A stretch of DNA of 38,263 bases from Myxococcota bacterium. Lineage in GTDB: Bacteria; Myxococcota_C; UBA6777. This document shows, piece after piece, positions 26,991-35,564 of this stretch (within the stretch, counting starts at the first letter, position 1; each line of letters begins with the position of its first letter). The position numbers were made by a program, and so were the translations under genes. The stretch spans positions 1-38,263 of the forward strand of contig JAKLKB010000141.1 of the NCBI GenBank assembly GCA_023150835.1, read 5' to 3'. The notes under the pieces are model-generated. The model was given only the letters and a program-made list of their open reading frames with translations. It made no database searches and had not been told where the DNA came from.

Positions 26991-27085
26991 TTGCGATGTA
27001 GCGGTGGGGTTGCGATGTAGCGGTGGGGTTGCGGTGTAGCGGTGGGGTTGCGATGTAGCGGTGGGGTTGCGATGTAGCGGTGGGA
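26991..27085. repeat. 19-bp G-rich tandem repeat, 5 copies plus a degenerate upstream copy
   Basis: TTGCGATGTAGCGGTGGGG at 26991, 27010, 27029, 27048 and 27067. Confidence 0.95.
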
Positions 27086-27094
27086 TTGTTGATA

Positions 27095-27480
27095 TCTCCC
27101 CATGTTCGTGCTGTATCGAGAGGTTGTGTTGTTGGTTTGAGAGGCGACTGTTTGTCCCGTCAATACGGGGTCAAGGGAGCCGCGCTCCCTTGCGGGGTGT
27201 GGGGCAGCGCCCCATACGCGCCTTGTTAAGGTGGAAACCTCGTAGAGTCGGTCTTGATCGCCTTTTTTTTTCTCCCCCCCTCAATCCCCCCTCAATCCCC
27301 CCGTGAACGGGGGGAAGTTGGAACGGGCAGCGTCTGCATTTGGTGCATACAGCGTGCGTCATGAAAAAACAAAATCCCCGATGCTTCCGACTTTCGCGCC
27401 CTCCCCCGTGAACAGGGGAGGGCGGGGTGGGGGGCTTTCCTCCGCTTAACCTAACGCCTATGGGGTGGAACCCCACAAGA
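27095..27480 (-). mobile_element. Repeat copy E with a nested ~256-bp MITE-like cassette (27210-27465)
   Basis: The cassette is bounded by inverted CCCCATACGCG / CGCCTATGGGG ends, has internal CCCCCGTGAAC(G/A)GGGG palindromes, and the host hairpin appears on both sides. Confidence 0.7.
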
Positions 27481-27528
27481 CCCTACGGATCCCACAAGAC
27501 TCTACGAGAGAGAGCAGGGGTCGAGAGA

Positions 27529-28287
27529 TCAGGATTTGGTGGGGGCAACAGGGGAGGGGATGGGTTCTTCGCGGAGCTTTTTTTGGCGGGTGAGGACTTC
27601 GGTGTTGGTGATAGCGCCGAGGATGAGGGTGCGTTCTTTGGCGGTGAGGTTGGATTCTTGGAATTCGACGAGAAAGCTGCGCATACCGAGGAGTTTACGG
27701 ACATCGAGGAGATTTTTGCGCATACGAGCGACGGGTTTTCCGTTGCGTTGGACGGTATAGCGAGAGCCGATAAAGCCGCGTTTGATATCGCCCCAACGTT
27801 TGCTTTGATCGTCCCAGAGGATGTATTTGCGGTCTGCCCAAAAGAGCGATTGACGGGCTTGTCCGACGGTATCTCCCTTGGCGTCTTGGATGGTGAAGAG
27901 CGGTTGGAAAAGCGCCCAGCCTTTGTGGGAAGCGAGGACGAGTTTGTTGTCGCGATCCCAAAGCTCGATCTTGGTGGGGCTGCGTGTGGCGAGAAAACTG
28001 TGAAAGCGCATCAGAGCCATCAAGAGGCCAAACAAGGCGAGTCCGATTCCGAAGTAGCGGATATTTCCGCTTTGTTTGACGGCCAGATAGATACCGCCGG
28101 AAAGCAGGGAAAGTTCCAACAAGACGCCGAAAAACCAAAGTACGGGATACGACCATGCTGGGTGAAAGATCAGCGTGCCGATGGCTTTGTTGGCGTCGTC
28201 GATCACGTTGAAGCGTGTGGTAAGGCGTGGGAGGATACGGAAACGGGCTTGGATGATCAGGCGATCAGATTGTAATAACTCGTGCAT
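27529..28287 (-). CDS. Membrane protein with a scramblase/LURP-one (Tubby C-like) domain
   Basis: Two TM helices, then repeated beta motifs (FTIQDAKGDTVG, YILWDDQSKRWGDI, YTVQRNGKPVARM) and a final helix (ERTLILGA). Start ATG 28287 with AGGAG; the longer ORF call overlaps mazG. Confidence 0.65.
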   Translation of the reverse strand: MHELLQSDRLIIQARFRILPRLTTRFNVIDDANKAIGTLIFHPAWSYPVLWFFGVLLELSLLSGGIYLAVKQSGNIRYFGIGLALFGLLMALMRFHSFLATRSPTKIELWDRDNKLVLASHKGWALFQPLFTIQDAKGDTVGQARQSLFWADRKYILWDDQSKRWGDIKRGFIGSRYTVQRNGKPVARMRKNLLDVRKLLGMRSFLVEFQESNLTAKERTLILGAITNTEVLTRQKKLREEPIPSPVAPTKS

Positions 28288-28426
28288 GATGACGCTCCTA
28301 GCGAGGTTTGGTGGAAAAAAGGACTCTTTGGTTGAAGGTGCGTGTTGCGTGGAGATGATGGGGCAGGTGTTTTGAAGGGGCAAGGGAGTTGTGGAAAAGG
28401 TGGTTGTTTGGGAGGGGACGGGGGGG

Positions 28427-29323
28427 TTAAGATTTGACGGAAGCGAGGGATTTTTTTGCTTCTTTCCAAAGGGCTTCGAGTCGGGTTTGGTCGGTGTCGT
28501 GGGGAGTTTTGCCTTCGCGGTGGAGTTGTGCTTCGATGTAGTGGAAGCGTTGGGTAAAGCGTTGGCAAGTTTCATGGAGAGCGTTTTCGCTATCGAGATG
28601 AAGTTGTCGACTGAGTTGGGCGACAGAAAACAACAAGTCACCGATCTCGGAAGCGCAAGCTTTTGGGTCGTGGGTTTGCATGGCTTCTTTTAACTCGTCG
28701 ATCTCTTCGTGGATCTTGTCCCAGATCGCGTCGGTGGTGGGCCAATCAAAGTTGACTTGCGCGACTTTTTCACCGATGCGTTGGGCGCGGTGGAGCGAGG
28801 GCAAAAGGCGTGGTATCCCTTCCAACACAGAGGGCGGTGGTTCGGTGCTTTTCGCGGTTTGCGTTTCGTGGGCCTTGCGTCGCGCCCAGAGGCTGGGAAC
28901 ATCCGTTGAAGCGTGGACGGTGTCATCGCCAAAGACATGAGGGTGGCGGTGTTCCATCTTTTGAAGGACGCGTTGAAGGATGCTGCTAAGGTCAAAGAGT
29001 TGTTGTTGCTCGCAGAGATCGGCAAAAAAGCAAAGTAGAAAAAACAGGTCGCCGAGTTCTTTTTGAAAAGCGTGTGGATCGTGATGGCGTTGTTGTGCAG
29101 CTTCGATGGCTTCGAGTGCTTCTTCGCGCAGAAAGGGCAACATACTTTCGATGGTTTGCGCACGATCCCACGGACAACCTTGGGGGCTGCGTAGGATCTT
29201 TACGAGCGAGAGAAGTTGAGCGAATCTGTAAAGGCTGGAGGCGACCCTTCCTGTGAGCCAAGGAACCCGAAGGCGAAACCGAAGCCAAAGCCGAGAGAGA
29301 CGAAGACGAAGTGGTATACTCAT
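28427..29323 (-). CDS. mazG: Nucleoside triphosphate pyrophosphohydrolase MazG (two-domain)
   Basis: LRSPQGCPWDRAQT, EE..E, ELGDL, RHPHVFG, FDWP, EEIDEL, EIGDLLF and F..RF.YIE motifs. ATG 29323 with AAGGAG. Confidence 0.95.
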   Translation of the reverse strand: MSIPLRLRLSRLWLRFRLRVPWLTGRVASSLYRFAQLLSLVKILRSPQGCPWDRAQTIESMLPFLREEALEAIEAAQQRHHDPHAFQKELGDLFFLLCFFADLCEQQQLFDLSSILQRVLQKMEHRHPHVFGDDTVHASTDVPSLWARRKAHETQTAKSTEPPPSVLEGIPRLLPSLHRAQRIGEKVAQVNFDWPTTDAIWDKIHEEIDELKEAMQTHDPKACASEIGDLLFSVAQLSRQLHLDSENALHETCQRFTQRFHYIEAQLHREGKTPHDTDQTRLEALWKEAKKSLASVKS

Positions 29324-29564
29324 CAAAACTCCTTGTTTGTTGATCCTCGAAGAAAGCGCCGTTGTGGGTATAATGCGCGTGCAAGAGAAATCTAGGAAGA
29401 GAACGACGTGCGCGATGCCGCGCAAGTGTGATCGGAAGACTACAAAGCGAAGGAGAATCGCACGGATGCACGGATGGTGCGCTATGCCAAAGATATCGAC
29501 AACCTCGACACAGAAGTCGCAGGTGTCTTTTTCTGTATTGTTTTACGCTATCGTGGGGGGAGGC

Positions 29565-31520
29565 GTGCAGAAACATCGTCTTCGTTTGCTTTGTTTTTCT
29601 CGGAGTCTTCGATGGATAACGCAGATCGGGATCGGGATCGGGATCTTGTTTTCCCGCGTAGCACAAGCGCAGACACCGTCGGAGTATTCGCTTGATTTGC
29701 CTACATTGGAGTCTTCTCCAAGCCTGCAAAAGCTCCAGCAGCAAGCGCAAGACTGGTATCAGACAGCCAAAAGTGGTCGAAAAGAACTTGCAAAACGCCG
29801 ATTGGATGGGCTTTTTCAACTGATGCGAGATCGTGGGATCTCGAACATGATTGCTGTTTCGCATGTGCTGTTGGCGCTTGGAGATAGACAGCTTCGTCGC
29901 GGTCGTTACGAGGAAGCGCGGGATGACTACGAACAGGCAAAGCGTTTTGCGCCGATCTTGGCTGCGCCCGATTATCGGCTGGCTTGGTTATCGTTGCAAA
30001 CGCAGATGAGCGCTCCACAACACGCGATCCAATTTTTTGGCAATGCCGTACGCAAAGAGTGGGAAGATCCTTTTCAACGAGCGTATGTTTTGCGGCAGGC
30101 GTTGATGTTTGTGTGCTTGGGGCTTGGGTTATTGTTTTTGTTGTGGTGGTTGTTTTTGCTGATCCGCTCTTTGCGTACGTTGGATTTTGATTTTCGTGAG
30201 ATGTTTCCCACAGGTGTCACCCTTCAACAACTGCGTATTTTTACGATCTTTTTGTTATTGATGCCGATCTTGATGGGCGGGGGGATCATTGAAGTTCTTC
30301 TGGTGTGGGTGGCGTTTTCTTGGTTTTATCAGACGATGGCGGAACGTGTTCTTTCTACGATCGGGATGATCTTTCTTAGCCTTTTTCCTCAAGCCTTTTT
30401 GTGGATCGGTCATCTGGGGGCCTTGTCGGGGTCGCAGATAGAGACGGTGTATCTGCTCAACGAAGCCGATCCACCGACTCATCTGGTGTCTCGCGCTGAA
30501 GAAGCATTGAGCCGATCGCCTCGAAGCGTCGATTTGTTGTGGTCGTTGGGGAATTACGCAAAACGCAACGGTGAGATCCAAAAGGCGCGGGCGTACTATA
30601 CGCGTGCGTGGTCTTTTGAAAAAGCTGCGGGACTCACCTTAAACCTCGGAAACTTGGACTTTTACGAGCGTGAAGGTGACAAGGCATACAAGCGCTACCA
30701 CAGCATCCTCAACGACCGTGCTGCACAACCCCAAGTGTACTACAATATCGGCCAGTTGATGAAATACAGCAAGAATATGCAGACGCTTCAACAAGGCGCA
30801 GAGTACCGTAGTGCGGCGATCTTGGGGCGAGGTGGCCGCATCGCGGACGACTTTAACAAGCTGATGAGGCCGCAGATCAACCGCTATGTGATGGAGTCGA
30901 CGTTTCCGATCGAGCGATACGAACGTGCGGTTTTTTCGCCACGCGATACGCCGTTTTCTCGGCAGATGTGGTCTTTGTTGGCGCGTTGGATACCGTACGA
31001 TCTGGCCGATTGGTCGGGGGTTGCGTGGGCAGCATTGTTGTGGTTGTTGCTGCCGATCGGGCGGCTATTTCGGCGGGGGGACTCTTGCAAAAAATGCGGT
31101 GTGATCAAGCTCTTGAGCGAGACACAAGACGAGCGGCAGATCGATCTACCACCCAACGCCGTGATCTGTGGTCGATGTATCCGCTCGTTTGCGTCTTCAG
31201 AAGAAGGAGCACCACGCCGTCGTGTGCAAAAAGAACTCGCTGCGGGACGTTGGCAGGCTCGCCGGGCGTTGCTTGAACGCATCTTGAGTGCGCTTACGTT
31301 GGGGGGAGGCCATGTTCTTCAAGAGCGCAGCCTAAAAGGATTTTTCTTTTTCTTTTTGTTATCTTTTTATGCGGCGTGGTGGTGGTTTTCATTGTCGCCT
31401 TGGCCGCATCCTTTGAGTTTGGAGATGGAAAGTACGTGGTGGCCGCAGATCGGGGCGGGTGGGATCTTGCTTTTGTGTTGGTTTTATGTGCAGCGCGATC
31501 TTGGGCGTTACAAGCGGTAG
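29565..31520 (+). CDS. TPR-containing multi-pass membrane protein with CxxC...CxxC motifs
   Basis: Signal-like N-terminus, TPR-like helices, several TM segments, CKKC and CGRC. Start uncertain (GTG 29565); the longer ORF overlaps mazG. Confidence 0.75.
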   Translation: MQKHRLRLLCFSRSLRWITQIGIGIGILFSRVAQAQTPSEYSLDLPTLESSPSLQKLQQQAQDWYQTAKSGRKELAKRRLDGLFQLMRDRGISNMIAVSHVLLALGDRQLRRGRYEEARDDYEQAKRFAPILAAPDYRLAWLSLQTQMSAPQHAIQFFGNAVRKEWEDPFQRAYVLRQALMFVCLGLGLLFLLWWLFLLIRSLRTLDFDFREMFPTGVTLQQLRIFTIFLLLMPILMGGGIIEVLLVWVAFSWFYQTMAERVLSTIGMIFLSLFPQAFLWIGHLGALSGSQIETVYLLNEADPPTHLVSRAEEALSRSPRSVDLLWSLGNYAKRNGEIQKARAYYTRAWSFEKAAGLTLNLGNLDFYEREGDKAYKRYHSILNDRAAQPQVYYNIGQLMKYSKNMQTLQQGAEYRSAAILGRGGRIADDFNKLMRPQINRYVMESTFPIERYERAVFSPRDTPFSRQMWSLLARWIPYDLADWSGVAWAALLWLLLPIGRLFRRGDSCKKCGVIKLLSETQDERQIDLPPNAVICGRCIRSFASSEEGAPRRRVQKELAAGRWQARRALLERILSALTLGGGHVLQERSLKGFFFFFLLSFYAAWWWFSLSPWPHPLSLEMESTWWPQIGAGGILLLCWFYVQRDLGRYKR

Positions 31521-31538
31521 GTAGAGGAGAAGAGAGCG

Positions 31539-32666
31539 TTGAATCAACAAGAATCCGTGATCATTATGGAGGGTTCGCTAAAAAGTCGGCCAGTGACGGA
31601 GCTTTTCGGCTTACTTGCGCGCCAACAACAAACGGGAACGTTGACACTCAAACGTTGGGGAAAACAAGCGATCATCGAGTGGCATCGTGGGAAGGTGATG
31701 TATGTCGCGGAGCGCCCTGTGCCATCGTCTGGATCGCTTGGAGAGATGTTGTTGTATGTGGGGGCGATCACGCCAGTCCAATTGGAGCAAGCGCTTCTCC
31801 AACAAGCCCGTACGATGGCCCCTTTGGGTCAGATCCTCCAGCGGCTTTTTCAATGTGATCCTAAGACGATCCGCCTTGTGTTGCGAGTGCAGTCGCTAGA
31901 GATGTTGTACAGTTTTTTCTTTTGGCGTTCGGGGCGCTACGTTTTGGAGAGCCGCATCGAACAACACGGCCTGCGCAGTTATGATCCGATCGACGCGGAA
32001 TCTCTGACCCTTCATGCGATCCCTGTGATGGATTCGTGGGCGGCTGTACAAAAGGTCTTGTACTCTTCTCAAGTGATCCTCAAGCGCCAAGTCCAGATCT
32101 TTCCGTCTTGGGAAGAGGATGGATACAACCAGACAGCACGCGATCTGTTTGAGCTTTTGGAACACGAACGAACTTTCCGAGAGATCGCTATCCTCAGCGG
32201 AGAGGGCCAGTATGTCGCAGGGAGAGAGCTTTGGCGTTTGATCCAAGGTGGGGTGATCCGCGTTGAACCGCCTCGTAAGACACCACGTCAGTACGCGCAG
32301 CTTTTGCTTGGTGCGCCGTTGGGCCAGTTTGCGGTGTGGTTGATCGTGAGTGCGCTGCTGGTGGGCGGTGGCTCTTTTTTGTTGGCCTTTGCGCCACAGT
32401 CGCCCCTTCAATACTTGCGGATCGGCCCACGCCATTCGGTGGCATCGGCGCAATGGTTAGAGACACAACACCAATGGCGGTATCAGCGGATAATCCGCGC
32501 TTTAGAGGTTTTTTATTTGAGCAACGGTATGTATCCTGCGCAGCTCGGGCAGTTGGTCAAAGAAGGACTGATCCAGCGCGAGATGCTGCATTATCCGAGC
32601 AGCGGGGAGTACGATTACAAGCGCCTTGAAAATGGGCGTTATGTGTTGCTTCCTCCGCTTCCTTGA
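31539..32666 (+). CDS. DUF4388-like domain protein with a TM helix and a pseudopilin/GspG-like C-terminal segment
   Basis: EGSL....ELF.LL....TG.L.L, LGE.L, LGQIL and FFW.SGRY patterns; C-terminal ALEVFYLSNGMYPAQLGQLV.EGLI. Confidence 0.75.
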   Translation: MNQQESVIIMEGSLKSRPVTELFGLLARQQQTGTLTLKRWGKQAIIEWHRGKVMYVAERPVPSSGSLGEMLLYVGAITPVQLEQALLQQARTMAPLGQILQRLFQCDPKTIRLVLRVQSLEMLYSFFFWRSGRYVLESRIEQHGLRSYDPIDAESLTLHAIPVMDSWAAVQKVLYSSQVILKRQVQIFPSWEEDGYNQTARDLFELLEHERTFREIAILSGEGQYVAGRELWRLIQGGVIRVEPPRKTPRQYAQLLLGAPLGQFAVWLIVSALLVGGGSFLLAFAPQSPLQYLRIGPRHSVASAQWLETQHQWRYQRIIRALEVFYLSNGMYPAQLGQLVKEGLIQREMLHYPSSGEYDYKRLENGRYVLLPPLP

Positions 32667-32729
32667 GCGAGAGCGGTTGATTTTTTACAAAGCAAAGCCT
32701 GCGGGCGATCGAAAAGACGGGGAAAGATT

Positions 32730-33785
32730 TTGGAAGAAAACGGCATCAAAATCGTGTTTGAGGACAACCAAGTATGTAAAGCGGTGTATGGACCACGCGA
32801 AGGGCATCTTCGGATCATTGAGGAGGTGCTGGATGTTGTGGCGCATAGTCGGGGCAACGAACTGGAGATCCAAGGGGCACCTGAGCGCGTCGAACTTGCG
32901 CAGCGTTTGCTTGATCAGCTACGCCGCACGGTCAAGCGGGGGGTGGCGATCTTGGCGGAAGACGTTCGCAAGGGGGCATCGCGTCTGCTCGAACACGAAA
33001 ATGCGGATATATCGCAGATCTTGACGGATGTGATCCTTGTCAGCCATCGCGGAAAACGGATTACTCCGCGTGGCTACAATCAAAAGCTTTACATCGATGC
33101 GATCCGCAAGCACGATCTGGTTTTTGGTATCGGACCCGCAGGGACGGGAAAGACCTATCTGGCGATGGCGATGGCGATCGCGGCCTACCAACGGAAAGAA
33201 GTGGAAAAGATCATCTTGACGCGCCCTGCGGTCGAGGCAGGAGAGCGTTTGGGGTTTCTCCCCGGAAATCTTCAAGAGAAAGTCGATCCTTATCTACGCC
33301 CACTTTACGACGCTTTGCACGATATGGTCGAGCTTGAAAAAGCAGAACTCATGCTTTCGCGTGGTATCGTCGAGGTTGCTCCTTTGGCCTTTATGCGCGG
33401 TCGCACGCTCAACAATGCTTTTATTATCCTCGACGAGGCTCAAAACACCTCAGCAGAACAACTCAAGATGTTTCTGACACGGCTAGGGTTTGACTCAAAA
33501 GCTGTTGTGACGGGCGATATTACACAAATTGATCTTCCGCCGCGCACAAAGAGCGGTCTGGTGGGCGCGATGCAGATCCTTCGCGATGTCGAAGGTATCT
33601 ATTTTGCCGACTTTGACGAGCGCGATGTGGTTCGCCACCAATTGGTTCAACGGATCATCTTGGCTTATGGCGCTGCCGACGAAGAGCTCGAACGTCGTCG
33701 ATTGGAACGCATGGCAGAGCGCGAGCGCGAAGTTCACCGCACCCTCGAAGACGCACTTCAAGAACCCAAAGAACCACAGATCTGA
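32730..33785 (+). CDS. phoH: PhoH-family ATPase
   Basis: GPAGTGKTYLA, RPAVEAGERLGFLPG, PLAFMRGRTL, DEAQN and GDITQIDLP motifs. Confidence 0.96.
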   Translation: MEENGIKIVFEDNQVCKAVYGPREGHLRIIEEVLDVVAHSRGNELEIQGAPERVELAQRLLDQLRRTVKRGVAILAEDVRKGASRLLEHENADISQILTDVILVSHRGKRITPRGYNQKLYIDAIRKHDLVFGIGPAGTGKTYLAMAMAIAAYQRKEVEKIILTRPAVEAGERLGFLPGNLQEKVDPYLRPLYDALHDMVELEKAELMLSRGIVEVAPLAFMRGRTLNNAFIILDEAQNTSAEQLKMFLTRLGFDSKAVVTGDITQIDLPPRTKSGLVGAMQILRDVEGIYFADFDERDVVRHQLVQRIILAYGAADEELERRRLERMAEREREVHRTLEDALQEPKEPQI

Positions 33786-33791
33786 GCGTTC

Positions 33792-34349
33792 ATGTTGCAC
33801 AACGGAGAAGACACACAAGATGCGTTTGGAGATATCGGATTGATCGAGTTATTGGATGAACAAAAGATCCGCCCGATGTTGGGGGCATCGTTGGTGGAAA
33901 AGGCCGAGCGTGTGTTGTCGGTATTGGGTTTGGAGGAGGTGATCGTGAGTTTGCTTTTGTGCGACGATGCAGCGATCCGAGAGCTGAATGCACGATGGCG
34001 ACAGATCGATCGCCCCACAGATGTGCTGTCTTTTCCGATGCTTGACGAGGCGCTTGTTCCTTATATCGAGGAGGAACAGCCTTGGCCTGACGACCTGAGA
34101 CAGGCGGATACTTTGCTTGGAGATATCGTGATCTCTGTAGAGACCTGTGTGCGGCAAGCCGAAGAATGGGGGCATACAGAGATCGATGAAGCCTTGCGGC
34201 TTTGGGTTCATGGCCTGTTGCATCTTTGTGGGTATGATCACGAAGAGGCCGAAGAGACGGTCTTGATGCGCCAACGTGAAGAAGCCATCCTGCAACAGAT
34301 CACTTCCACAAAAACGATGCCCCTCACCACGTTGCACGGCGATCGCTAA
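33792..34349 (+). CDS. ybeY: rRNA maturation endoribonuclease YbeY
   Basis: LN..WR..DRPTDVLSFP, LGDIVIS and HGLLHLCGYDH motifs. Confidence 0.96.
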   Translation: MLHNGEDTQDAFGDIGLIELLDEQKIRPMLGASLVEKAERVLSVLGLEEVIVSLLLCDDAAIRELNARWRQIDRPTDVLSFPMLDEALVPYIEEEQPWPDDLRQADTLLGDIVISVETCVRQAEEWGHTEIDEALRLWVHGLLHLCGYDHEEAEETVLMRQREEAILQQITSTKTMPLTTLHGDR

Positions 34350-34383
34350 AGCCCTCGTCAATCGGACGATCGTGGACTTCTTT

Positions 34384-34786
34384 TGAGAGGAGTGCTGCGT
34401 TTGACAAAAATCCCCGTATTCGCGAAACTTCGAGTGGTAGGGCTGTTTGTTTGAAAAGTGTCTGTTCGCCCCATTTGTACGGGGTCAAGGGAGCCGGGCT
34501 CCCTTGCGGGGTGTGGGGTGGAACCCCATACGCGCTAGGTTAAGCGCTTGTTGGCCCCCCCACCCCAGCCCTCCCCCGTGAACAGGGGAGGGAGCGAAAG
34601 TCGGAAGCAGCGGGGATTTTGTTTTTTCATGACACACGCTGTATGCACGACGCGCAGACGCTGCCCGTTCCAACTCCCCCCGTTCACGGGGGGATTGAGG
34701 GGGGGCGACAAAAGAAACGGCGATCAGGCTAGACTATCCGGTGTTTCCACCTTAACAAGGCGCGTATGGGGTGGAACCCCACAAAA
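34384..34786 (-). mobile_element. Repeat copy F with a nested ~248-bp cassette (34524-34771), inverted relative to copy E
   Basis: The outer element is in the same orientation as copy E, but the inner segment is the reverse complement of 27210-27465. Confidence 0.7.
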
Positions 34787-34828
34787 ACCATCGTACTGTG
34801 TAAGTTCGCTCAACAAACAACTTCGATT

Positions 34829-35503
34829 TCACACGAGATCGTTTCGTCCGATACGATACAGCGTAAAGTGTTCGCCTGAGGGGAGTTTGTAGGGGATCGT
34901 GCTGAGCAAGCGCAATGTGTCGGGTAGTTCGGGCTTTGTGTGCGGCACTCCCCAATAAAGGATCTGTCCATCGGGTTCGAGGTAAGGGTGTAAAAAGGGC
35001 AAAAGCTCTGTGGGAGCGACGGCGCGAAAGGTGATGCGCGCAAAAGGAATTGGGAGGGCTTCGGCCTGTGGGTTTCCGACAAAGCGCACTGCACGGACAT
35101 CAAGACGGGAAAGCTTACATTGGAGGCGGACTTGCTGGAGGAAAGCAGCGCGACGCTGGTGTGTTTCGAGCGCTGTCCATGAGAGATGAGGCAAGGCGAT
35201 CGCAAGAGGGATGACGGGGAATCCGGCTCCTGCGCCGATATCGAGGATCTGCTGGTGAGGAAAAAGATCTGTGAAGCAGCCGATGGCGATCAGCGAGTCG
35301 GTCAGGTGACGTTGGGCGAGTTCGGGGATATCGTCTTTTCCTGTGAGTCGGATGGTGCGATTCCATTGTTGGAGGAGGCGCAAGTATCGTTCGAGTTGCT
35401 CGGCGAGGGCGCTTTGTTGGAGTGCGGTTTGTGCGGAAGGTGCGTTGTTGTAGTTTGCGGCGTGTTGGATGGCTTGTTCGATCCATTGTCGTTCTGAAGG
35501 CAT
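34829..35503 (-). CDS. rsmG: 16S rRNA (guanine527-N7)-methyltransferase RsmG
   Basis: Y..LL.QWN..I.LTG, RHL.DSL, LDIGAGAGFP.IPLAI and RA motifs. Confidence 0.92.
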   Translation of the reverse strand: MPSERQWIEQAIQHAANYNNAPSAQTALQQSALAEQLERYLRLLQQWNRTIRLTGKDDIPELAQRHLTDSLIAIGCFTDLFPHQQILDIGAGAGFPVIPLAIALPHLSWTALETHQRRAAFLQQVRLQCKLSRLDVRAVRFVGNPQAEALPIPFARITFRAVAPTELLPFLHPYLEPDGQILYWGVPHTKPELPDTLRLLSTIPYKLPSGEHFTLYRIGRNDLV

Positions 35504-35564
35504 GGTAGGGCTGCTCGTTTGGTTTGGGTGGGATGTGTGCTGCTTGTTTTTGTTTGGGCGGATT

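Noticed and set aside
28288-28641. N-terminal extension of the 370-aa ORF
   Set aside because: It overlaps mazG in another frame and is low-complexity; a better start with an RBS exists at 28287.
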